IMG/VR virus record: IMGVR_UViG_3300025012_000043
Coordinates: 32,001-96,000 of that record
DNA from: a virus
DNA length: 64,000 nt
Reading direction: 5' to 3' (one strand)
In this document: piece by piece, positions 37,571 to 46,680 of the stretch
Layout: every line of letters starts with the position of its first letter
Position numbering within the stretch: position 1 is the first letter of the stretch
The notes under the pieces: generated by a model
Database searches by the model: none
What the model was told of the DNA's origin: nothing
Seen by the model: only the letters and a program-made list of their open reading frames with translations
Made by a program: the position numbers and the translations under genes

Positions 37571-38989
37571 TCATGCAATTCTTGATATATCATCTATATA
37601 TTCTGTACTAATTTTTTGTGGTTTTAAAAATATTTTTTCATTATGTTTTATATGTTTCTTAAATACTGGATGTTCATCGAACAAATGAACAACAATTGCT
37701 TTTTCCTTATCTGGGTGTAATCGGATAATTCTGCCAATTAGCTGCTGGCTATCCTGCGTATCGTGTGCTATCACTACCGCTGAACACTTAGGTATGTCTA
37801 TACCCTCTTTACATAGTGTTGAAATAACAAGCTCAATATCCCCATTCCTAAATTTATCAAATAGGGCCACCCTATTATAAGTTTCTGCATATATTTCAAC
37901 AGCATTTGGCAACAATGCTTTAATATTATTGCCATGTTCTATGTTTCTTACGGAAATTAGTGTAGAATGACCATTAGATGTCAATTGGGCTGCGGCGTTT
38001 GCTACCAACTCAGTTCTCTCTTTATATGAATCAATGTGAAATTCTCGCAATGTATTATATACTTTACAATTTAATAAATGTGATTTATTTGGTGGTATAT
38101 ATCTTGGTGGGACTTTAAGATAATAAACATGTGGGCGTACTAGCCATCCTTCATTGATGAGTCTGCGCATGTCAACTGAATAATTAATTGGCCCTGACGC
38201 TGCTTCAAGATCTAGGTCTTTTCCATCGAGTCTTCGCATAGTGGCCGTAAAAAACGCCGCGAATCGCGCATTTTTAAAACCACTTGAGAGATCAAAAATC
38301 GTTTTTGCCGCGATCCGGTGGCACTCGTCAACAATAAGGAATCTCGTATCTTCAACAAGCGTAATTTTATCACTCCTATTTGGCGACGCATCTTCCTTGT
38401 CATAAATTCCCTCCAAAGATTGTACCATGGCTACCGTAATATCTTTTGGATCACAGATTGAATCACCAACTATGCCAATTTCAGTATTGAGCATTTCTTT
38501 TAATACTTTAACTGTCTGATACAATAAAACCGTACTATTTGTTAACACTGTCGTCTTTACACCAACTTTGGCTATTGCATCCCCCATAATGATTGTCTTG
38601 CCACCACCAGTAGCAATTTCGTGTGCAGTCTTACGACGTTTTAAAATGTCATCAACTGCAGCAATTTGATAATCCCGTAACTTAAATTTGGCACTTATCG
38701 GTAATGGGCTGCCAATAATATCAGCCCCAATATCATCATTTTCTATATGTGAAAGTATGTTATAAGATCGAAGGATTGTTTGTACTTTATTTAATAGGCC
38801 AACACGGAAAATCATTGTTTTACTAAACCGATAAATTGGGTGTGGGCGATAACCATACTGTCTAGAAGAATAAGCTGCTTGTTTGGAAATATATGAGCAT
38901 TCTTTTCTTAATTCATTAAATACATTCTCCGGTATTTCATCAAGTATTTGACCATAGACATTATCAACCTTAATCCGGATTATGTTCAT
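37571..38989 (-). CDS. Superfamily 2 helicase (UvsW/XPB-like)
   Basis: LRDYQ, ATGGGKT, DECH, TAT, EGIDIP, QLIGRIIR. Confidence 0.93.
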   Translation of the reverse strand: MNIIRIKVDNVYGQILDEIPENVFNELRKECSYISKQAAYSSRQYGYRPHPIYRFSKTMIFRVGLLNKVQTILRSYNILSHIENDDIGADIIGSPLPISAKFKLRDYQIAAVDDILKRRKTAHEIATGGGKTIIMGDAIAKVGVKTTVLTNSTVLLYQTVKVLKEMLNTEIGIVGDSICDPKDITVAMVQSLEGIYDKEDASPNRSDKITLVEDTRFLIVDECHRIAAKTIFDLSSGFKNARFAAFFTATMRRLDGKDLDLEAASGPINYSVDMRRLINEGWLVRPHVYYLKVPPRYIPPNKSHLLNCKVYNTLREFHIDSYKERTELVANAAAQLTSNGHSTLISVRNIEHGNNIKALLPNAVEIYAETYNRVALFDKFRNGDIELVISTLCKEGIDIPKCSAVVIAHDTQDSQQLIGRIIRLHPDKEKAIVVHLFDEHPVFKKHIKHNEKIFLKPQKISTEYIDDISRIA

Positions 38990-39347
38990 TAATTTTCAAT
39001 AACTCCATGTCAAGTGCAATATCGACATATGACATTGCCTCACTAAGACCGTCTTTGTCAACTGGTGTCCCCTCATTAAATTTAGTGGACAACAAAGTAT
39101 TAAACTCTTCAATTATTTTTTTCATATTAGTAAGTACCTGAATGTCATTACTATATGACATTTGTTTCTCCTTTTCTATAAAATGCAATCCAAAACATTT
39201 AGTATAAGTAATAATATCATCACCATATATTGGTGCTTCCCATGACTCTCTTGGTCGTGGTTTGGCACCAGTACCGCCACAGGAGGGACAGCGTTTACAC
39301 CCATCTGGTATGCGATCATCATCAATTAGTGGTCTATATAGCACCAT
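38970..39347 (-). CDS. Hypothetical protein, possibly two fused small ORFs
   Basis: CPSCGGTG N-half; internal AAGGAG + ATG (MSYSND). Confidence 0.45.
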   Translation of the reverse strand: MVLYRPLIDDDRIPDGCKRCPSCGGTGAKPRPRESWEAPIYGDDIITYTKCFGLHFIEKEKQMSYSNDIQVLTNMKKIIEEFNTLLSTKFNEGTPVDKDGLSEAMSYVDIALDMELLKINEHNPD

Positions 39348-39709
39348 TATTCTCCAACTCCTATATTATTCCATTTCTGTGCTGGATTTTTAGATTGTAC
39401 CACAGTAAGTACCCTCGATACTGCATTATAATTCATTTCAGCACATCGAAGAGCTCGATACAATATATCTATTTTTACATTCGTTTCCGTTGATTTATTC
39501 TTAGATTTAATCGCCATCATCTTGGCGTGTAATTGTGAAAATAGATTATACTCATTAGCAAAATGAGGCAACAGCGGTGCTATAACCTCAATATTATCAG
39601 ACTGAGGTATGGACTTCATGGGATAAATAAATTCTACCAAATCATTGGCATCGACATTCTCAATATTTACTACACTAACATTAAGTTTAGCCTGTGGCTC
39701 TGGAATCAT
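39347..39709 (-). CDS. Hypothetical helical protein (recombination module)
   Basis: 120 aa between resolvase and helicase. Confidence 0.5.
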   Translation of the reverse strand: MIPEPQAKLNVSVVNIENVDANDLVEFIYPMKSIPQSDNIEVIAPLLPHFANEYNLFSQLHAKMMAIKSKNKSTETNVKIDILYRALRCAEMNYNAVSRVLTVVQSKNPAQKWNNIGVGE

Positions 39710-40223
39710 TAACGGCTCCTAAAAATATTGGAAATGGTATCGCTATAAGCTCATCACCCATTGCTTCAAAGTCCCATGGTAATTCATTGTCATCTATTAC
39801 CACTCTAATAGAAGACTTCAAAACCTTATGTATTACGTTTTGTTTAGATTTTGGGTACTTGCCCTCTAGTAATTCCTCAATACGCATTATTACTACCATA
39901 TTTTCATCTTGACCATATTTGGGTTTTATAATTAATACAGGAATCCTGTTTGATATCGCAGCTTCCTTTTTTATCCCTTGCCACCATTCATTCTTTATTG
40001 AAAACAGAGGGTAAAACTTGCGTGGGTGTTTCTTTCTAAATGATCTGGGAGCGTAGTCACGTAACTTACACTCGATTAAAAATGTAGCTGTCTTTATATC
40101 ACCGAGCATACTAGAGTCCTTAAATCTAGACCCCTTACTAGATTGTCCATATTGACGGCAACTACCCAATAAACTAGCTATATGACGCTCCATACCAGCC
40201 CACGTGCTCTTAGATGTAGCCAA
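39687..40223 (-). CDS. PD-(D/E)xK nuclease, Holliday junction resolvase-like
   Basis: ER.IA..L, GDI, LIECK, W...KKEA...P.LI. Confidence 0.75.
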   Translation of the reverse strand: MATSKSTWAGMERHIASLLGSCRQYGQSSKGSRFKDSSMLGDIKTATFLIECKLRDYAPRSFRKKHPRKFYPLFSIKNEWWQGIKKEAAISNRIPVLIIKPKYGQDENMVVIMRIEELLEGKYPKSKQNVIHKVLKSSIRVVIDDNELPWDFEAMGDELIAIPFPIFLGAVNDSRATG

Positions 40224-40257
40224 TTACAAGACTCCTTGTGTGTGTCATTATATGTGA

Positions 40258-41349
40258 TCACTCAGATATTACAGTATTTTCAGCCTCTCCTAAGAGCCCA
40301 TTAGTATCTCTATTAATTAGAGCTTGTACACATTTAGCCCGTACCTCTTCCAATAATCCCAAATCAGTTACAAGCAACTCTTTAAATTTGTTCTCTCCCA
40401 TTGCCTTCTTATCCCCAAATGAGAACCAACTACCAGTAGTCTTAATAATGCCGCACATTTTCGCCACACCAAATGTATCATCAACAATATCAACACCAGT
40501 GTCTAGGTTGACAATGAACTCTGCTGGCTCATTCACACGTGCCACTTTATTCTTCATTACTCTATACGCTACCTTGATAGCGACTTCCTCTTCCACCATC
40601 TTAGTAGGAGTAAGTGGCACTTTACGTCTAATACTCTCAGTTTTACGCGCATACATTTCATATGAAATAAAAAACCCTGCCGTATTACCGCCAGCAGCCT
40701 TCTTATTAGATCCATAGGTCACCATTGGGTTTGCGCGTTCTTGGGAGATGAAGAGAACGAAACATGCCGGGTTCATATTGAGATATGAGTTGACTTTTGG
40801 TAACATTTCAGCCATTAACTGTGCTGATGCAGCCTTAAGTCTACCTTGGTCAACCGTTGCTGCTTCCATCTTTACTTTTGGCACTAAGGCAGGTATTGAA
40901 TCTAAAATGATAAGATTATACTCCCTACTCTTGATCAATTCAATAAGGATATCAATCCATTCCTCCCCAAACAAGGGATCAAGTAGAACACCATCCTTAT
41001 CTACCCTTTCATCTTTCGATGAAATAATGAACAGTTTGGCTGGATCGATACCCATATTCTTAGCAAATTTCATATCAAATGTTCCCTCAACGTCAAGGAA
41101 CGCTACCTTACCATTGTCCTTCTGAACTCTTGTGGCAAAACAAGTGGATAGTAGGGTCTTACCCGATTGCTTCTCACCCCACACTAATCCCATTCTGCCA
41201 CCAAGAAATCCATTAGTACCAAGGGCTAAGTTCAAACTCAACACCCCTGAATCAAGTAAGATGGGTAGACGCTCTGTCCGGTCTACACCGGACATCATGG
41301 TCGTCGCTCCGTAGCGAGAATTAATTACATCTACAACGCTTTTTGCCAT
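40258..41349 (-). CDS. recA: RecA/UvsX recombinase
   Basis: LNLALG, GEKQSGKT, FLDVE, ILDSIPALVP, ISQER, GG, KNKVA, GSWF. Confidence 0.95.
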   Translation of the reverse strand: MAKSVVDVINSRYGATTMMSGVDRTERLPILLDSGVLSLNLALGTNGFLGGRMGLVWGEKQSGKTLLSTCFATRVQKDNGKVAFLDVEGTFDMKFAKNMGIDPAKLFIISSKDERVDKDGVLLDPLFGEEWIDILIELIKSREYNLIILDSIPALVPKVKMEAATVDQGRLKAASAQLMAEMLPKVNSYLNMNPACFVLFISQERANPMVTYGSNKKAAGGNTAGFFISYEMYARKTESIRRKVPLTPTKMVEEEVAIKVAYRVMKNKVARVNEPAEFIVNLDTGVDIVDDTFGVAKMCGIIKTTGSWFSFGDKKAMGENKFKELLVTDLGLLEEVRAKCVQALINRDTNGLLGEAENTVISE

Positions 41350-41420
41350 TTTTTGCCTCCTATTACAAAATGCAATTTCCTATGGCAATTAGCGCACATG
41401 ACGTCTACTACGTTACCCAT
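41331..41420 (-). pseudogene. Relic of an HNH endonuclease C-terminus
   Basis: Translates MGNVVDVMCANCHRKLHFVIGGKKWQKAL*; contains the recA RBS. Confidence 0.55.
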
Positions 41421-41424
41421 TGGA

Positions 41425-42720
41425 TTAAAGCTTCGCTAATGCTTCAACTAACGCATTTAGCCTTTCTTCTGACCACGTTGTAATTGACAATTCAGTAATG
41501 TCCTTATACGGACCATGCACAGTAGCTAGGAAATCAATCATATCCTTATCCGGCTTACCGGCAAATTTAATCTCAAATGTTTTGTTAATCAAATCAACAC
41601 GGCTGGTTGAAGTTTGACTTGTGCCACCAGTTAGCTTAGAGTAAGTAACCTTCATTCCGGGTTCTGGCTCTCCAGTAGGCTCATCAGCCTGCCTTTCACT
41701 AGGCTCTGGATTGTTTACTGCATTGATGAGCAACTGGATATTACCATTAGCACACAGATCAGAAATCCAAGCTGCTCCATTCTTAATTTCCTGCAAATTT
41801 GATGTATTGGCTAACCATTTAAAATAATCAAACTCATTTGTATCAATAAGATGACCAAACGATCTACCAGTAAAACGCTTACCGACATCTACAATTAATG
41901 CGCGAACAGCAGTATATTTATTGATATCATCTAGAGTTGGAAATCCGCCACCAAGAGCCTTGGGCTGTTCGCCCACAGGAAGGGCTGCTGATTCCCCCTC
42001 GCCAGAGATTTTACCAGTAGAGACAAATTCCCATGCCTTTACTGGATCAACGTTTTCAAATGCAAGGATCTGTTCAAATGAAATCATACTATAATCGACA
42101 TCCTCATTAAATACTGATGGATCCTGGGCCTCAGCTTTATAAGTAACCTGTTGCCCATTCTTCTCCCGCCATATGAGAATATCACGCCCAGCCAAAGAAT
42201 TCTTAGCAGTAATGATCCGCACAAATTCACTACGAAGTTCGTTACCAAACTTGAGTACCATTGGTAAATTGGCTTCATAATTCCACAGTGTGATAGTGTG
42301 CTGCGGCGTCATGCCAAGATGACTATCAACCTCAACACCACCACGCTTCCGTTTCTGGTCCCTAGGGGTCAACATATTAAACATTGGGTCTAACTTACCA
42401 CACAATCCTGCGGCACATTCACGCTTTGCACCACGCGCAGTACCCTGAATATTACACAAGAAAGTACGATATTTACGGACAGTCTGTCGCGTTACTGGGT
42501 TTGTAACACTGGGTACTCTATGATACCACCCCGATACACATTCAGACTCAACTAGGTCAGTGACACCGGCACTACATGCACATGTAACATTGGGCCAATT
42601 AGGATAATATCCATCCTTACCACATTTCTTACACTTAAACGGCATAAGAATACGAACTTTATATTTCTTATTATCTTCAATCTTCATAAACCCAAAACGG
42701 GTATCTTTCCAGGCGCACAT
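41425..42720 (-). CDS. Probable single-stranded DNA-binding protein (gp32-like OB fold) with Zn motifs
   Basis: FMKIED...VRIL, WYHRV, GRDILI.R...VTY pattern; directly upstream of recA. Confidence 0.55.
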   Translation of the reverse strand: MCAWKDTRFGFMKIEDNKKYKVRILMPFKCKKCGKDGYYPNWPNVTCACSAGVTDLVESECVSGWYHRVPSVTNPVTRQTVRKYRTFLCNIQGTARGAKRECAAGLCGKLDPMFNMLTPRDQKRKRGGVEVDSHLGMTPQHTITLWNYEANLPMVLKFGNELRSEFVRIITAKNSLAGRDILIWREKNGQQVTYKAEAQDPSVFNEDVDYSMISFEQILAFENVDPVKAWEFVSTGKISGEGESAALPVGEQPKALGGGFPTLDDINKYTAVRALIVDVGKRFTGRSFGHLIDTNEFDYFKWLANTSNLQEIKNGAAWISDLCANGNIQLLINAVNNPEPSERQADEPTGEPEPGMKVTYSKLTGGTSQTSTSRVDLINKTFEIKFAGKPDKDMIDFLATVHGPYKDITELSITTWSEERLNALVEALAKL

Positions 42721-42768
42721 ACTTAGTCTCCTTCGGGGCTCTGCCCCATCATTTAATGACTACTTGGC

Positions 42769-43008
42769 TCAAATACGTGGTTCGTCTGCTAGCTTGCTCG
42801 CCAAAAATCTAATGGCACTGTCGCTAGTAACATTTGGTCCTAGTCCCTTTTCTACCTCCTTTGCTAAGTGATATGCTGCATCGAAGAGTCTTATGCGTGA
42901 TTCTTCGAATGCTTCAACATAATCATCAGACTCAGAGGTAATTTCAGCCCGGACTGAATTGAAATTACCCATATTAAATGTGACACCAAGTGATACACTA
43001 TATTTCAT
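42769..43008 (-). CDS. Small conserved-looking phage protein
   Basis: SVSLGVTFNMGNFNSVR motif. Confidence 0.6.
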   Translation of the reverse strand: MKYSVSLGVTFNMGNFNSVRAEITSESDDYVEAFEESRIRLFDAAYHLAKEVEKGLGPNVTSDSAIRFLASKLADEPRI

Positions 43009-43116
43009 CTTTTAACCCCCACAATTAATGTTCAGATAATTTATCGAATACAGACCACGATTCCACAACAAATACATTTCTTTTATTCTCACCCTTATAT
43101 GGCATAACCATATACC

Positions 43117-44298
43117 TTATTCATTATAAATATCAAAATGCACTGTGTCTTCCTTTAAAGGACCAGTTGATCCCCATAGAATTGGAATATTATACTCTTC
43201 TTCAAATGCCCTAATCCAAGCTTTAGATTCTTGTGAAAGATCTTCGGCTTTGTTAACTTTATAATCTTTGACATTTAAATAATCAAGGAAGCACAAACCG
43301 ATACCAGTGAACCGATTGATCATTGCAGTCTTCTTAAATTGTTCATGAGAAAATTCAAATACCCGCCTAACCCTTTTTGTAACTGTTGTGATCTCCTTAA
43401 AAGAGCCTTCTGGTGCACCAGCCCTTCTTTCAACCTCTGCCCACGTAATTTCCTGAGAACCCATAGAACCACTATCACCAGCCACCCTAATAGGATAAGG
43501 ACGAATAACGCCAATAATGTCAGTAACCACTAGTGGTGAAATACCGGCCTCACTTACCCATCCTCCAGCGTTGGTGTCCCTTGATGTAGTTTTTGGATAT
43601 AAACCGTGGTGCAATGAAAGGACTGATCCCTGCGTCCCCTCCAATAGCACCGACTCACCATCGTCGATTAACTGATTAATCATTTCTGTCGTATCACAAC
43701 AGAATTCCTTAATCCCTGGCCAATCTTTAGCTAAAACCACTGGTCCACGTGGTGATGCACCACGCCAAATCTTATCTGCCAATGCAGCACCACACCCTTC
43801 ACGCGTTGATCCAACCATCTTCCATAGGTCATTAGCACTTAACTTATCACATTTTGTGCACGGATCAACGATTTCTGGAAGTCCCTGCTTAATATCCTGC
43901 CATGCCTTACATTCCATTGGCTTATGAGCATAATCACAAGGCTCAGCCTGTCCATATTCGGCCAACGTATGTTTAGGCTCAATAATAACCACGTTTGGAT
44001 GAATAAAAACACGTTTTTCAATGTTTGGATCGTATTTCTTAATCATTTCAATCTCTTTAAAGAATAACTCTGGAATGATCATCCCACCGGCACCAATGAT
44101 CAACTTGGCATCCATCCGGGTCCACCCACAAGGGATTGTCTGCATGACGACTTTATCGCCATTATAATAAATTGTGTGTCCAGCGTTAGGAGCCCCAGTT
44201 CTCACGTGTACACTATAGTCGTCAGCAATAACATTGGCAATCTTGCCCTTGCCTTCTGATCCAGCGGCCCCTCCCACCAATACTGTTACTTTAGACAT
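43117..44298 (-). CDS. purZ: PurZ/PurZ0-type adenylosuccinate synthetase homolog
   Basis: GSEGKGK (Ser14 where PurA has catalytic Asp), PNAGHT, GST..G, LEGTQG, YP.TTSRD, YPIRVAG, TTVTKR.RRV, FLDY, STGP. Confidence 0.75.
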   Translation of the reverse strand: MSKVTVLVGGAAGSEGKGKIANVIADDYSVHVRTGAPNAGHTIYYNGDKVVMQTIPCGWTRMDAKLIIGAGGMIIPELFFKEIEMIKKYDPNIEKRVFIHPNVVIIEPKHTLAEYGQAEPCDYAHKPMECKAWQDIKQGLPEIVDPCTKCDKLSANDLWKMVGSTREGCGAALADKIWRGASPRGPVVLAKDWPGIKEFCCDTTEMINQLIDDGESVLLEGTQGSVLSLHHGLYPKTTSRDTNAGGWVSEAGISPLVVTDIIGVIRPYPIRVAGDSGSMGSQEITWAEVERRAGAPEGSFKEITTVTKRVRRVFEFSHEQFKKTAMINRFTGIGLCFLDYLNVKDYKVNKAEDLSQESKAWIRAFEEEYNIPILWGSTGPLKEDTVHFDIYNE

Positions 44299-44312
44299 TT
44301 AGTCTTCTCCTT

Positions 44313-44361
44313 ATTATTTCTTTTTATGGTTACAATTAGCACATTGATACTTAAAACAATC
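44313..44361 (-). pseudogene. Probable relic of an HNH C-terminus
   Basis: Intergenic frame reads DCFKYQCANCNHKKK* just before the purZ RBS. Confidence 0.4.
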
Positions 44362-44613
44362 TCAATTTGGGATTACTTCTTCTCCTTCTTCCTCGCTCTC
44401 ATATTGATCCTTTAGTATATCCATAATAAGATATTCAATAAACATTTCTACTTCATCCTTTGCCTTCACACTAAGCTGTACATTTAAATTCCCAATTGCC
44501 TCCTTAACCAGTGCGTCCCGGATTTCCTCATATCTTGGGAAAAGATATTCGGCTATTTGTGCTTCCTGTTCATCTGTCAATCCTGGTAATGCATCATATT
44601 CTTCATCAGTCAT
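44362..44613 (-). CDS. Highly acidic small protein
   Basis: 83 aa, D/E-rich, helical. Confidence 0.6.
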   Translation of the reverse strand: MTDEEYDALPGLTDEQEAQIAEYLFPRYEEIRDALVKEAIGNLNVQLSVKAKDEVEMFIEYLIMDILKDQYESEEEGEEVIPN

Positions 44614-44614
44614 A

Positions 44615-44833
44615 TTACTCTCCCTCTCCTTCTTCTGATGTCTCTTCTTCTATATCCCCTGAATCAATCTCAAACGCAATATAGGTTTTACCACTCTCCT
44701 CGTCTACAATAATCTGTGCCTCTGGTCCCTCCTCATTAGCCTCCTCTGTAGGCTCTTCCTCTGAAGCCACTACCGGAACTGGCTCACCTGGGTCTATCGC
44801 AGTTTCAAACTTGTCATCATCACTAGGCATCAA
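44615..44833 (-). CDS. Extremely acidic small protein
   Basis: 72 aa, only two Lys and no Arg; GGAGG RBS. Confidence 0.6.
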   Translation of the reverse strand: MMPSDDDKFETAIDPGEPVPVVASEEEPTEEANEEGPEAQIIVDEESGKTYIAFEIDSGDIEEETSEEGEGE

Positions 44834-46680
44834 TTACTACCTCCATTCGCTTGTTCAACAAGCTTATTAAACTCCTCTTCTGAATATATCGCAACATCTT
44901 TGTGTGTTGACAACTGTCTAACAGTATTTACTATAGCACTATTACCAAATTTGCCATAAATAAATCCAGTAATATATGGAGCAAACTGTGAAACAACCCT
45001 ACCGCCATATTTATTTATAATGTTTTCATATTTAATTCTATCTCTATCATAGAGTAAACCATCGATAAAAAAGGTTTTATTATATAGTGGATGGTCAAGG
45101 GATTGCTTGAAATATTTAAACATTGTTCGGACAAATTGAATTTTATTGGTCTCCATAAATCCTAAAAGTTTACTGATGGTGATACTATCAAACCCAATAC
45201 GTGATAATGTTGTATCGGTAAAAATGTGCTTGGTAATTAAATTTATATACATACTATTAAAATTTTTCATGATCTCGTTGCATTCTTTGATATTTAAAAA
45301 TGGAATAATGATATTTAAAAATTCACCAGGCATCTCTCTACTTTTTTGAACTCCCTCAAATATTAATTTGTATTCATTATCCACTATCTCTATTGAATCT
45401 ATGACTGTATAAATATCATTTAAGTTAATTATATCATGTCTGTGTAAAAAATCGGCCATCACATATTTATCAACTGTCGGACAAAATTTGTCAATCCACA
45501 CCTGAATACTATTTAATACGACTGTTGGGCACCTAGGATTAATACAATATATATTGCCATTACTAATATCAACACTATGCTTACATTTTGGACACGAAGA
45601 TGTGATGAAGGGTGTTTTATTACTCCCATACTTTTTGTCTAAAACCAACACATCATTTACATTTGTACCAGTAAACATATCACCAACACAATAATTACCA
45701 ATATCCTTAGTAGTAAAATTGGGGAAAGTTTTGTAAAGTGTATAATTTGATTTATCTATTGTTACATATTGGTCTTTAGTATCAAACTCACCACCAAAAT
45801 TAAATGCAACTACTGGTATGATACGTACTTTACCACCATCAATCATCGTATCCCATGAGATATTAAGAACCGCCAGCAAATTATTGGCCCCTATATTAGT
45901 GGTTACACCCCATTGGTTCAATGTTTTCATAGATAAAAGTTGAATCATTTCCATACTACTATATGATGTCAATATCTTATTACATTTGTATGGTAAATTG
46001 CCACCGCCAATCATTAACTTAGCACTTTCTATAGTACGCGTCCATTTGGGTATTGTCGTATTCAGCATAGTCGCTGTCTTAAACCCAACATTTCTAAATG
46101 TCTCAAATAGATCATCAATAGTATCTGCCACGGACTGAGTAAAAGAAGCATAGGTAACAATAAAATCACATTCTAATATCCGTTCATCTGGAATTGGTGA
46201 AGTAAGTAATTTATACAATTCGAGCTCTGGTAATTTAGACAAAATCGCCCCGTGGATATACCCATCAGCAGCTACCATCCGTCCAAGGGGCATATTATTC
46301 AAAAAATAAATGTTATGTGTTATATCTACATACAAACCCAGACTAACAACCCACAATGCACTAACTATTTGTTTATTCCTAATCTCTAATCGTATGTTTG
46401 GCACATCAGGTAAAAATATTACAGACAAATAATCTGAATATTTACCAGATAATTTATAATTGATGGTTGACCAATCCGATAACTCAGTAATATTATTAAT
46501 ATCATTAAATATATTACTATGTTCCATCTTGCCTTCTGGCAATACAAACTTTTCACCCCTAGCTAAATAATGATTGGGCAAAACGCTTGCTAATTTATCA
46601 ACATCCTCAGTTTTAACAATATCATACAATTCTTTATTTGTCATAGAACCCTCCATAAATTTGTCCGCAAAGTTTCTCAA
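44830..46680 (-). CDS. Degenerate NAD-dependent DNA ligase (LigA)-like protein
   Basis: Colinear with LigA including C4 Zn finger (CPKC...CINPRC) and BRCT (KTFFIDG...GGRVV...YSEEEF); KxDG appears as LPDV. Confidence 0.75.
   Translation of the reverse strand: MRNFADKFMEGSMTNKELYDIVKTEDVDKLASVLPNHYLARGEKFVLPEGKMEHSNIFNDINNITELSDWSTINYKLSGKYSDYLSVIFLPDVPNIRLEIRNKQIVSALWVVSLGLYVDITHNIYFLNNMPLGRMVAADGYIHGAILSKLPELELYKLLTSPIPDERILECDFIVTYASFTQSVADTIDDLFETFRNVGFKTATMLNTTIPKWTRTIESAKLMIGGGNLPYKCNKILTSYSSMEMIQLLSMKTLNQWGVTTNIGANNLLAVLNISWDTMIDGGKVRIIPVVAFNFGGEFDTKDQYVTIDKSNYTLYKTFPNFTTKDIGNYCVGDMFTGTNVNDVLVLDKKYGSNKTPFITSSCPKCKHSVDISNGNIYCINPRCPTVVLNSIQVWIDKFCPTVDKYVMADFLHRHDIINLNDIYTVIDSIEIVDNEYKLIFEGVQKSREMPGEFLNIIIPFLNIKECNEIMKNFNSMYINLITKHIFTDTTLSRIGFDSITISKLLGFMETNKIQFVRTMFKYFKQSLDHPLYNKTFFIDGLLYDRDRIKYENIINKYGGRVVSQFAPYITGFIYGKFGNSAIVNTVRQLSTHKDVAIYSEEEFNKLVEQANGGSN

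Noticed and set aside
43117-44298. Ordinary purA auxiliary metabolic gene
   Set aside because: Catalytic Asp replaced by Ser and other motifs match PurZ; not fully excluded without an assay
44830-46680. Functional DNA ligase or a decayed pseudogene
   Set aside because: No KxDG lysine, yet the frame, Zn finger and BRCT are intact
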